From NCBI GenBank assembly GCA_040954595.2, contig CM082579.2, positions 9,723,625 to 9,787,624 on the forward strand: DNA of 64,000 nucleotides. Direction: 5' to 3'. The notes below the pieces were generated by a model. The model made no database searches and was not told the origin of the DNA. It worked only from the letters and a program-made list of their open reading frames with translations. The stretch's first letter is position 1. Each line of letters begins with the position of its first letter. The DNA comes from Balanoglossus misakiensis (lineage: Eukaryota > Animalia > Hemichordata). Shown one piece after another: positions 52,027 to 64,000 of the stretch. The position numbers and the translations under genes are program-made.

Positions 52027-53940
52027 TGCTGTGTGTCGTCTGCGGTCGTTAGGTGTGCCTCAGTGCCAGTTATGTCCTCTGCAGATTCACTCAGCTGCAT
52101 GCGTGAGCCTTCTGCGCACAGTCTGTCAATGAGTGCATGTGTAATTATAGCCCCCGACACTTTCACTTTCACCAATAGCAGTCGTCACGGGATAATTACG
52201 TAATTTCCATTGAAATATGTGTACTCACGTTTCCGCATCAAATACGACCCTTTTTCAAAGGCACTCTATGTGTATTCTCTTTGTGTATCTTCCTTTTGAA
52301 CTCACAACAGGCCTATATACATGAATAACTTGAGTTTCATGATAAATGTAGGTATTTGGCTGCTCGGCCGTTTCAGTGCGTCCGAATGGATAATATTTAC
52401 TGGTGATTGTAGTTTATCTCGGCGAAAAATACTGAAAGGGGGTCGGTGTTGTTGAATTGACCCACTCCCGCGCTTTTCTTATGAGAAAAGATTTCGGTTT
52501 CGTGGTCGTTACATCACATGAGGAGATGCGACTTGAACGCCGGAAAGTCGACTCACATTTTCCATCCGAAGCACTCTTGTAATTGTGTCGTTTTTATCGG
52601 TTTGATTCAAGTGTGTGCTATGACTGCCCACTTAACAATGACCGAGAAGTACGGAATTCCAAAGGCGGCGTCCACGTGTAAACTGAAGAAGATTTTATAT
52701 TCGGGCCGGCGTAGACAAAGATATGACAGAAACAAAAAAAAGACTGTTTGAATAGTCATGGCGACTAAGCACTGCATGGTATGCGTTACGGAGAATGGCC
52801 TCAGGGGTAGGTTATTGTCATTGTCAGGTTCTGCGCGACAGAGCCCCCGGCCCTAAATTCGCACCACGCATGACAGTTGATATATTCACATTACTAACAC
52901 ACCCTACTGCAGTAGTCAGTCTTCAGTTATTACAGCTAATCATTCAGACAGAATACTGGTACCTGTATACCAAACCATGCGTTATTAGAAGCGAAACATT
53001 ACCTGGTAAGGCCGTTACTTGCATTTTTTGACAATAAAATAAATATTTCCGGAGAGTTCAGTTCTGAGTGAATGTCACGCGAATGTGTGTTTTTTTTATC
53101 TCCACTAGTTCATTTTAGATATCTACCAAAGACATAATGAAAATTATCATGTTATAAGTTTGAAGAAATTCTCGCTACCTTAACACAATTCTAAATCCAA
53201 AGGGTATTTTGGGTCGGAATGTTTGCTTCCAAACTCCAGGGTTGGTGTATTTTAGGTAAACCAGGCACGCGCCTTGCCAGTTAGTATGAAAGAAGCAGTA
53301 GTACGGTGGGGGTCGCACATGTAACTGAAATGATCCACTTGACAGTTAAGTGCAGTGGCCGTTTCTGGTGTATTTCATGGTGTGTGTGGGTGTGTGTGTA
53401 CGCGCCAATCTCTTCAAGTGCTTTCCGTGCCTTTTGGTGCTCTCTTGATGTACTCCTGAGTGCCCGGGGCTTCAAGGTACGGTTTTATCCAGTAAACTGT
53501 AGTCCATTATATAACGTCTCTTATAGCTGAAAGCACCGCTATTCATTCTTCAATGTTCTTTCGATCAGTACTTAAAATATTCTTGGAGGTGTGTTGTGTC
53601 TGCTTCTGAGCTTGCTGAAGCAAGTGCATAATGATATTGTGGTATTCAAATTCACACAGAACGAACTAACCTCGTAATAATTGCTTGAGACATATGGAGT
53701 GTACATATGTGACATTTAATTAATAAACCAATGGAAACAAATATGTTTAGAGTCAGTAGTTTTCTCAATAAAAACATTGCATGATGGCTGTTACACAAAT
53801 CTTACATTTAACATATTGAATGTACCAAATTTAGATGTCCGGTGCTAATTACTGCGAATTTGCATAATACATATGTGAAATCACTAATAAAAGTCAAAGA
53901 GTTACTATACCTAATGTGATGAAACTTGCAAGACATATTC

Positions 53941-55307
53941 TTAAGGATGTACGCGCAGAACGGCATAAACCGGAAAACTGCGCGCGCCCGGTCTTTTTCT
54001 CATAGGATTAGTTTAGTTTAGTTTAGTTTGGTTAGGGACTAAATATCCTGAGATAATGATGTCCCATCAGAGTCTAGTTCGGAAGTACTGGTCAATAAAT
54101 AAAAATAGTCAATGATGTCCATAGATAAGAGTCCGGCAATGAGTTCCAATTCTCTAGTATAGTTCAGAGTTCAATATACATGTAAATATCCTCCATAGTG
54201 TAATACACACTGTGACACATAAATAAATGATTCATCATTCTCACAAATAAATTCTCAAAATAAATTCTCACGAAATAGTTCAATAGCAAGTTCTCTGACG
54301 CGAACAGGGAAACAGTTCACTCTGGTATAATCCATCAAATTCTGGTTTGGAAGTGATGGTCAATGTTATTTTTGAAATCGTTGACATCCTTAGATAGCAC
54401 AACATAGTCCGGTACTACTATGAGTTCCATTCTTTAACAACGCGAACAGGGAAACAGTTCTTTCTTATGTCCAATCTAGCAAAGCTCTGGTGTAGTTTGG
54501 CAGTGTGACCTCTTGTAGGTGCATATAAGCATCTCTATAATGACAAATTGCAGCTATCAATGTTATTGACAATCTTATACACCTGCAACATATCTCCACG
54601 GATCCGACGGGTTTCCAGTGTTGTTAAACGTAGAATATGCAACCTTTCAGTGTATGGTTTATCCTGAAGTCCGTCGATGTATTTGGTAACTCTTCTTTGA
54701 ACCTTTTCTAAAGCTATAATGTCTCTCTGTAACCATGGTGACCAACCTTGTGAGGCGTATTCCAAGTGAGGTCTGATGAACTGTTTATACAAACGAAGAA
54801 TGATGCCCTTGGAGCGTAGTGTGAATGACCTTTTTATCATACCAAAGACTCTGTTGGCTTTTTTCACTGCCTCGGTACACTGTCTGCTGGGCTTAAGAGA
54901 ATTATGGATTATTACACCAACATCCTTTTCTTCATCAACTTCAACTACATTGATAATCGCTAGAAAACAAACTTCTACTATTGTCATTTTCACGAAATTT
55001 AATACAAAGCTCAGTCCAGTAAATATAAATTCATTGGTCAAATAAAATATAGGGGTCACCGCGCTCTATTTTGAGATAAATTGCTTAAAAATTTTGCCCA
55101 TAGACAAACCATTGGTGAAAAATGCTGAGTCAGCAGTTTTCTTCTATTATCGACCAAATTCATGGCCCTGTATTTCAAAAACAAGCGCGGTGACCCCTAT
55201 ACATTGTATTTTATTACGGATTTTCATTATACATACAAAAGAGAATCCAAAAATCCACAATTAAAAAAATGATAATACTTTCAATTTTACTGAACGTACA
55301 TCCTTAA
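53941..55307. mobile_element. TTAA-flanked Kolobok-like MITE split by a CR1 LINE insertion
   Basis: Termini ttaaggatgtacg (53941-53953) and cgtacatccttaa (55295-55307) are exact reverse complements; internal IR ggggtcaccgcgct / agcgcggtgacccc. Confidence 0.75.
54008..54950 (-). mobile_element. 5'-truncated CR1-clade non-LTR retrotransposon (ORF2 C-terminus, 3'UTR, (CTAAA)n tail)
   Basis: EKDVGVII..LKPSRQC..AVKKANR..GMIKR..LYKQFIRPHLEY...WSP..DI.ALEKVQRR.TK...Y.ERL..L.L.TLE.RR.RGD, then a disrupted TRGH..KL..RK..F..RVV.EWNS; ttagt repeats at 54008-54030. Confidence 0.92.
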
Positions 55308-56647
55308 TTCCAGCTTGAGCTTCTGGTCAGTGGAATGTCAATTTGCATCTGTAATTAGTTTTAATAATTGGCAGAAGTTTTGGTATGCACTTCCGGAATC
55401 ATGTCCTTGTATGCGCACATGGTCGTTCTTGCTGACGGCCGTTGCTGATACTAAATCAAGGGAGGATGTTCGGTTTAAGTTAGCAGCGGCGTGTTGGTTT
55501 GTAGCCACAGCGTCAATGTCGACGCTGTCGTCTATAAATTCTTGGACAAGTAGCACACAGACTTTTCGCTTTATATATGCCGCCATTTTGCCTTTCACGC
55601 CCCCAATTGGCAAGCTTATCGTTCGACGAAGTACAAAAGCGCCCTGCGCAAGCATTCACAAAACGCTTTGTGCGTCGAACGCACCCCTGGTCCCTTCTGG
55701 ACAAGGTCTTTGGGACGAGCCGGAGCGCCCGCACACGACTGAATCTTTCAGTCTATGTGTGTGCGTTCGTGCGAAAGTTCGGAAGGTGCAACGGGCACTG
55801 TCAGGAATTGAAATCGCGGTTTTCTGTACAGTGGTGCACGAGTATCACTTTTACCATCATGCAAGCAAGTGCCTTTCTTGCCAGTGTTTTCATGCGCACA
55901 TAAAAAGTCATACTTATGCATTGCAAATATTGTTGTGCTGTCACAGGTGGCGCTCTACACTTCGTCGGGTTTTCTCTGGCATGGGTTTTTTGAACGAGAC
56001 CGTCAACATGTTGATGCTACCCTTGGAGGTTTGATCAAACACTTGCGCGCGATTGCCACCTACTTTACAGAGAACTCATGGTACAAAGAACGACGAAAAC
56101 AACGTTGTACGTTTGCAGCCATTTTGACATTTAATTCTTAATTCACGCATAAAATCTACACGGCTTGAAAGTATTTTTAAAAATGTGCATATAGCCGCAA
56201 TGACAAGCAATATAAATGACAAGCATTGTGACAGTCGGACGGAAATACAATGGACGTTTTTAACTGTAAATGAATTTGATTAGAATGTTGCGCGCATGAA
56301 TATTCTCCATTATGATATTTGGATTATTTTTTCTGAAGGTTGCACATCTTAATTTGCTTTCATTGTTATTATCTAGTTTCGAGTCGTACAAATGCTCCTT
56401 GTATATATTGGTTCAATCGCGGTATCTTTGTTTTCTAATATATCATTGACGTCGTAATTTTTCATTTATCTATATTTCATCGCGTGTTAAAGTCTAATTC
56501 AATTTAGCAATTACCCGGTTACACCATGCTTTGAAAGTAAACATGTTATTTGATAATTCTCATAAAATAAAAAGTTCACTAATATCAGGCAAAGCAAAAG
56601 CTCTCTTCCACTCACTAATAATATAGTTCTATATCTACGATGATTCA

Positions 56648-56925
56648 TCAACAACAGGCAACAACATAGTTGTTAGAGTTGTACAGACCGGCTTCATTTA
56701 TTGCTGTGATGACCGTGTAGTACTCCTTGGACGGATCAACGCCACCCACTGTCATCTGAGTTTCCGTGGTCTCCAACCATTGCACCACGTCACTGCTAGA
56801 GTAGGCTGTGCCAACTGTCAGCTCGTAGACGAGGGTTGAGTTGCTGATAAAGGCGCCAGTCCAGTCTAATCATTAGACAACCACGTGACGGATATATCTC
56901 CTGCGTTAAGAACGGACGCAGATGT
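56648..56925 (-). pseudogene. Orphan frameshifted terminal exon encoding an FN3-like repeat
   Basis: 56869->56648 reads LDWTGAFISNSTLVYELTVGTAYSSSDVVQWLETTETQMTVGGVDPSKEYYTVITAINEAGLYNSNNYVVACC*; an offset upstream frame reads SVLNAGDISVTWLSND; no other exons of such a gene found. Confidence 0.65.
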
Positions 56926-59900
56926 CAGGGAATGAGTACACACGGGTTGGCGTACTGACAAAGGCAGTTTGAGTACGGTGCAGTCAGTGTATGTCCGTCC
57001 TCATCAAAAACTTGGAAACCACTTGACATACTAGTATCACGTTGACATTTAGTGTGTAGATGCAATCTGGGCTGTAGATGGGTGTTTGTTCAAATGAAGT
57101 TGTCATTACCAAAACTATGCAAATGAGCCGGAAAAATGTGAAATCGGTGAAATTTGTTGAGATGTAGTAAAAGTTGTGATAGGAGTATCGGGTGTGGAGT
57201 TGCAACGCCCCCAGCAGGTATGCACGGGCTTTATTTTGTCAAATTGCAACTGAGGGCGCAATTCTGACCTGTCCCTCAAAGACCATCTAGGGCGAAAGGT
57301 TAGCAAATTTTCAAACCGATCTTAATCCAATTGCAGTCAGCTTCCGAGTCAGGCTAATCATTTTTTGAGAAAAGTATCAAAATTCTCCCACCATGTCCGT
57401 CAAAACCGAATGTACAGAGTAATATTCAATTGTATCATTTCATTCCCACACTCTCAATATGATATCTAATGTATTCGTTGTGGCAGTGGCGAATATGGCC
57501 GCTCACGTTGCGGTCGCTAAGACCTTTTGGTCTTACAATTAACCTTCACCAAGGTAACATTGCTGGCATTTAAATGGAGTGGTCAGTTCTGTTTGCTGTA
57601 TTTCAGCCCTGTTTGTGTCGCCTTGGGCATCGTTTCGCCCAACCGATTTGGCTCCGTCGAAACATGAGTTGTACCTTTTACGCCTTCAAGACATTTGACG
57701 GATAGTGAAAGTACATGTAGCTATTACCGGTCGGGACACAAGTGCCACTTTATAGGACCGGTGTACAATAACCCACATTTTACATATAAATGCTCATATA
57801 CGGTTATAAAGGGCGTGTCTAAGTCTTCGAATGACCCTGTGGTGGCGAACCAATATATGAAATTCCCGTAGAAGCCCCCGATGATCACCCCGGCAGTGTT
57901 TTTGTGCAGGTGTCCGGAATAGAAACCGGATATGCTAACATCGAATCGACCGCTACCCCGGCGAACTGATGGAATGGCTACGCCACGGTCACTCCAGCAC
58001 CGTGCATGCTTGACAACCAAAAAACTCGGCTTCAGAGGTTGCCAAGAAAGTCGACAGATGCTGTGGGCAATGTTGTGCTTAAAACTATACCGTAGACAAT
58101 ATCGTGTTTCTCGAATTTAATGAGTGGGAAAGCAAAACACGGTAATCGGAAAAAGTTACGACCAACCGCTGGCGTACCCACCATAAGCCTTCGCTATTCC
58201 CAATGACCCAACTCGACGTCTAGTAAGTTAACCAAGGTCTGTGGACCTTTGATGCCGATCATCAATTGATTGTTTGTCTCAGGCGTATATGTAGGTCATG
58301 TTAATATCGAACACAGCTCATTTTTGTAGTTTTTATATAATTATAAGGCTGCGCTGTATCTTCATCTTGTGTATAGAGTTTGTAGATACGTGGACGGACC
58401 ATGGCTGATTCGCGGATAGCAACGGTTGAGCTGGAAGTTGTCTTCACATTTGTCATCGTACTGATAGCACATGTTATCAGAGTGTATCGTGCTCAAATGT
58501 GACGGCAAGGTTGCAGATTTGGTCACGATCGCCACGTCCTGGGGGTAAAAATACCGCTGTTGCTTTGACAACTATCGCGATTGTGTAGAATATGGTCCAA
58601 GTTGAATTGACACTGAAGACACATCCACATATTTGGGACATTCCTGTGTAACGCCGTAAGAAGATTTGTTTTTGAAGAATATTATTGCAGAATTGAGACA
58701 TTTGCGTTCTTGTTCAAAAGGTTGCACGTTGACCCCTAATTTTAATAATGGAAAATTGATTTTCGAGGCGCTTAATACCTTAAATAATTTATGCTATTCT
58801 GTATGGTTGACAAAACAACGATAAATTAATTAAGTAAGCATAACAATGAATTACTTCGCGATGCAAGTTTTGCAAAAACGTAACCATAAATGACATTGGG
58901 CTGACATTGGGCTGTTTAAAGGCGATCTAAAATAATTAAATCCTTCCGAACCCAAATCATTATTTATGAACCAAGCCTTTCGTTAATTCAGTCCGAGTGA
59001 AGTTTATTTGAGATTTCACCTCTTAATCGGCGTATTTGAATGAACTGCGTGCGTACTGCAAACGTGATTTTAGGACGCGAGGCATGTCAAGTGAGCTAGT
59101 AGGCCGAGTAGAATAACATTATTTTGATGAGAACTTGACACAAAATCGCAGTCCCAAAAATTAACCTTCCCATTGGGGATGACCCAAAAACTAACCTTCC
59201 TACTGGGGGATATATCATTGTGATTAAATACCTTAATATCTAGAATGTCTAAATTATCTCATCTTATCTTTTGAGCCCTTACCTGAAATGTACCAAAGTT
59301 AACCTTAAACACATTCCATGGTTAACAGAAGATAAAATAACAATGCTTATAATCACAACTGGTAACTCAACGCTACTGATATAAAATATCAAAGCGACAA
59401 CGAGGACCATGGGGGTAATGACTATTTCGTTCAGAATCTGTAAATTTCCCCCGGATATAATGCGGATGTTGGTAAAACGCCAACAATCGACAGATAAATT
59501 TTAAATTAACGCGTCATGACGATCATAAGGCATTGTTTCATTTGAGAATCTGCAAAAATACGGGGGGGGGGGGGGTATTACGGATCTTGGTAAAATGCCA
59601 AAAACTTGGAAGATAAACTAAAATGATCTCGGCCCATTCCACACAAGGCTCATAGTAGTGAATTGATCAACATCATCGTCACTGGTCGGGTAAGTCGACG
59701 TTGGCTTTATTTATGCGTGTCAATTTGTAGACGATATTTACAGTACAATATATATGAAAACAATATGTCTGATAAGTTTGATAAAATACGGTGCAAGAAC
59801 TCTTGATTAAATAAGAAACCTGCACAAATTCGTTAAATATGCAAATTATCCATTAATTTTCATGAAACTGCTAAATATCTCATACCACTGCCATATTTCG

Positions 59901-60709
59901 GCCAGATCAATGTTTGTAGCAAATTCGATTCATCAAATTCTCTGCAGTAATGTAAGAAATTTGACACTAATTAGAAAACTACATTAAATATGAAAAATTG
60001 ATGACATAGTATATTAAAAGCCATGATAACGTCATCAATATTCAAGTGTCGCCCACCAAAATCAGTTCTTGCCATTCTGAACCTCTTTGAACCCGTGTGC
60101 CAAATTTGACCCAACTTCCATTCAGCCGTTATTGAGATAGCAGTGCTCTCGTCCTATCCTAATTGCGGTTGTTAGCACGAGATAATAACGAGCAGTCAGG
60201 TGCATAATACTCATTTCAACTTTGACAGGGTTATTATGTCCTTGGTGGTTTGCACCCAATCTGATTAAAATCAAGTGTAGGGAACGGCGACGTATTTTTA
60301 TGCTGTCGCCTCACACTACCCTACATAGTCGGTGAAATAAAACGAAGGGAGAAACAGAATGCGTACGTAAATTGTTGGCGGGACACCGGTTCAGTGAATC
60401 ATCCGTTTGTTGGAATTGATAACGTGGAGTTCAAAGGTCGGTCGTTAGGTTTGCTGGTGGCAAGGGAGAAGCTCAGTTCAGTATTGTCTACACGCGATGC
60501 GAATGTGTCATCCATAAGGGTTACATTTTCTTTGGGTGGATTTTGAGTATACATACAGTAACCTGGTAAGATGGTGTTACAATTTCCATTTTTTCATTCT
60601 TGAGAGTGTCAGTGCTTTCCGAAACGGTTTTTGTACACTTAATTAAAATAGAGACTGTAGCGGATGAGGCTAAATCAAAGATCTTTTCACAGGTAAACAA
60701 TATTTAAGC

Positions 60710-60830
60710 AATAAAACACCCCAAGCCATGGTATACCACGAGATTTTGACCAGTTCACGACATATACGCACGAGCGATAGCGAGAGCGTATATGGAGTTG
60801 AACTGGTCAAATTCGAGTGATATTTCACAC
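60710..60830. repeat. Hairpin-bearing end of an interspersed repeat
   Basis: tttgaccagttca..catatacgc / gcgtatatg..tgaactggtcaaa (60744-60811). Confidence 0.5.
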
Positions 60831-61504
60831 TAAACGTCATCATTTCTTGCGCTGGTACCCGGAACTATGTTCATTAAAATGGCAACCTTAAATGTAAACA
60901 AACATAACCCGATAGAGAGCCCGGTTTCATTAGATTTGATATACCGGTAGTCAACATCGAAAGTCACGGAGTTCTGATGGCCACGGACATGTGTCATAAA
61001 TAAAAGATTTCTCTTGTTGATTGATTTGGAAAAAAAACGATTGTTAGTTACACCTGTAAAAAATACCACCGCCTCGCTCAGACAGCAAGAAGAGATGTCA
61101 AACACCCTCGCTCCATCCGAACACGTCGAGCATTTTCACGTGTGAAATCTGGTTCGATCAGTTGAAGTACGTGTCAGGTGGAAGCGGCAACAACATGTTT
61201 TATATTTAGAGACGCAGTGATATATGGCGGCTCGTTCAATATCTATGTTTCCAATGCGACGTCGACGGGATCATCCTCCATGACACAGCCCCGCCACATG
61301 GATTAAACCCCACATTTTCCCCGATGCATGCTAGTTCAGGAGCCCGTTTTACCACTACAAGCCGTGGTAAAAAAGTATTTTACCATCGCCTGATTGAGCT
61401 CTCGTCCAATGAGAATGGCGGACGGTAGCAGGACATAATGTTCGATTTACTTCTACCTGTAGGAAACCACCGAGACGATTGTTGTTGCACGTTTTGGGGA
61501 TAGT

Positions 61505-63403
61505 ATGGTTGCATTCGTCAGATATTTGCTTTTGTTTTTAATTATCTCATGCAATGCAGTATTTGTGGACGCAGGTAAGTTTACAATCTCAAAATTGTAT
61601 AAGAGATAGACAATGAGGAGTTTGGAGCGTGATCAAAAATAACGAAATATTGCGTTGGGGAATTAATAAAAATAATTACGTAGACCCACAAAAAAGATTT
61701 ATGCATACCTCAAGTATATGAACAAAATGTCATTTTCTAATGTTTAATTGCTATTGAAATATTGATTAACCAAGTAAAAGCAACAACTATATTTTGCGCG
61801 AGAATCGAGCACTGCTTTGTAAAAAAGACTGTCGCAAATAACATAAAAGTTGCAGACATGAAGAAATGCAGAAGGACAAGCAACCATTGGGAAAGTGTTT
61901 GCAATATTTTATGTCAAGGTTTACATTCGTCTTTATGATGTTGTCTGTGGCGGAACTCTATGTTTAAGTAACACAACTGATGATCGTTTTAGCATAAGGC
62001 CAAATAAAAAAATATACTGTTCCTAAACCTTTTAGAGCTTCGTAAACCGGAAGAAAAAATAACGATGTCAAATATACAAAATTTATGAAAATTGCGAGAA
62101 TCACGCAAGAACTATGACGTCATTCTTCTACACTACTGCGGCCAAAGATATAAAAAAATTGCAAAATATAAAGAAATTCCCTTCTTAACCTATTTGTGAA
62201 AAAAAATGTAATGGGAACAGCACAGTTTTTTATTTGGCCTTACAACTTGAAACTGGTGTATATTGTCGGCAAAGCACTATCTCAGACTGAGAAGTTTCCC
62301 ACAGGCGCCGATTGAATTTTTAGAGACAATTATAGTAATTTGAGAATATGCACATGTTCAGTGTGTTTGTGTGAACATTTGGTGGACTTCAGTTTTTGTT
62401 GTTGTTGACTTGTGAGCACCTGTAAGATCAAAGAAAAGGAAATAGTTTGAATCATTGAACAGGTAATTTCTCTCGAAATTGTGAATGTAAAACTCACGTT
62501 AGCCTCACAAGCTACCTCGGTGTTGATTTTCTGTGCAACTAGTCCCAACAATTCGAGATCTTCGGCTGCCGTTTGCAGAGGGGTATGAAATTAGTTGGCA
62601 TCTGTCTGTCTGTCCGTCTGGCTGTTTCACTCTTGCAGGATGTAAATCTGGCTGGAAATTACGGTCGGATTACTGTTACTACTTCAGTACAGGAAAACGA
62701 AACTGGAGTGACGCACAGTCGGAATGTCGAAAAACGTCTCACGGAAATCTTGTTAGCATTCATAGTACCTCAGAAAATGTGAGTCAAACATTTGTCTATA
62801 CCTATTAAGCCGTTGTTTTAGAGATTCGGGTAAAATTATCGCAATGCTCACTGTAATAAAGGGACAAAGTGGCTCCACACATCATCTCTTTTTGAATGTA
62901 TTTCGATGTGTTTAGCTTTTATTATTATTCTGTTGCCTGAATACATGGGTTTATAGGCCCAACGCACATGCGGACATTTGCCCGACTCAGGAGTGCAAAT
63001 TGTGTCCTGTAGCGACGGCCCCTACCATTAACCATGCATTCAGGCTGGTTTCATGTGACCGTGTATCCATGGAATCCTGTCAATATAACGCACACCGGCC
63101 CGCTACATTCCCGGATGTTGCCTTTTTCGATTCAGTGCATTGCGAGGCTTGAAATAATTTATGTTTGGCTGTTAATGTGAACATTAACAGCAGGCTTGTT
63201 CATTTAAAGTATGGCGGAGACCCATTTTGCGAAGCTATGTATGTGATAACATATAAATATGGGTATATACTTTAGAGTGTCAAAACTGTTCTATTGTAGA
63301 ATTGGATAACGGATAATATGGTAGGGACGGCACACATCGGATTATCCGACACCGCAAGTGAGGGTAACTTCAAGTGGAACGATGGTACAAGTTTTGACTA
63401 TGC
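61505..63403 (+). CDS. C-type lectin domain protein with signal peptide (5' part; continues beyond the window)
   Basis: Exons 61505-61574 (MVAFVRYLLLFLIISCNAVFVDA), 62639-62778 (GCKSGW..DYCYYFS...NWSDAQSECR...NLVSIHS.SEN), 63300-63403 (..HIGLSDTASEGNFKWNDGTSFDY); phases 1, 0 and 2 are consistent. Confidence 0.85.
61995..62242. mobile_element. MITE in the first coding intron of the lectin gene
   Basis: TIR taaggccaaataaaaaa..ctgttcc / ggaacag..ttttttatttggcctta. Confidence 0.78.
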
Positions 63404-64000
63404 GTAAGTATTGAGAAGAATCGGTTCTAAGACCATGCTTTTTTGTCTCCCCTGGCAACAGGTTCATCACTGTTATGCCACCAGTAAGAGTGATACAGGT
63501 ACCACTCTTACTGTAATATAGAATGCCGGTAATTCGCTGGAAGGTAAATACAATTTGGCAGATTCGTGACAACTTAGTTTGATCGCTACTTGTTTGTATA
63601 TGTGTTTTTGTTTTATACCACAGAACTATACCGCTGGAAACCTCTTTCTATAAAAAAAATCTTTCCGGTGTCATCAACACTTGTAGCACCAGAAATGTTG
63701 ATCTATGACTGATTTAGGAAAGTTTGTTTAAAAAAGTGTAGGTAACTGAACGCAAATTGTTTCTAGTTTCAAAATTAGTGTCTCAATTTTTGTCTTTGCG
63801 AAGCGACGGTCTTATAGTCGGACCCTCACTAGCCCATAATATAGGCAATCGCAATTCAGTGTGGACTGTGTTATACACGATGATATGTGAAAACATATAT
63901 TAGTTTTTATAATTCTTAGAGAGTAAGAACAAATCCGAAACATTATTTTTGAGAATGCGTGTTTAGTTGCATGTTTACACTGTTGACATCCCTAATGGCC

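Noticed and set aside
55315-56141. 239-aa and overlapping ORFs as a transposase
   Set aside because: Non-ATG start, no DDE or other catalytic motif; probably non-coding repeat sequence.
57000-58700. Short ORFs and a frame with EPIYE/GYANI tyrosine-motif-like peptides
   Set aside because: Interrupted by stops, with no splice-consistent model or recognisable domain.

Overview
AT-rich, intron-rich animal genomic DNA, probably a marine invertebrate of hemichordate/echinoderm/amphioxus type (inferred from gene content and repeat style). Exons were assembled by hand from GT..AG boundaries and reading frame. (1) 1-12470 is a large imperfect palindrome of two head-to-head paralogs of a polycystin-1-like / REJ-type lectin receptor, each with a TATA box. 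The + strand copy (6925-26709, 28 exons) encodes signal peptide, CTL, fucolectin, three more CTLs, sushi, REJ, GAIN/GPS and one TM. An in-frame TAG sits just before the TM, and one 5.7-kb intron is almost pure (GTAT)n beginning at its own splice donor. Paralog differences are strongly nonsynonymous (12:0 in one fucolectin exon), and arm identity is patchy, suggesting gene conversion. (2) A complete 21-exon DDX11/ChlR1 Fe-S helicase lies on the - strand (27923-42542). (3) DDX11 intron 3 holds an antisense, intronless, very GC-rich class A GPCR with degenerate DRY/NPxxY motifs, preceded by a perfect RFX X-box and a perfect CRE. (4) A TMEM272-like gene with a candidate 9-nt microexon. (5) A CR1 LINE nested in a TTAA-flanked MITE, plus several other MITEs. 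(6) A frameshifted orphan FN3-like terminal exon. (7) The 5' part of a secreted C-type lectin gene runs off the right edge. No rRNA, tRNA or CRISPR array was seen.
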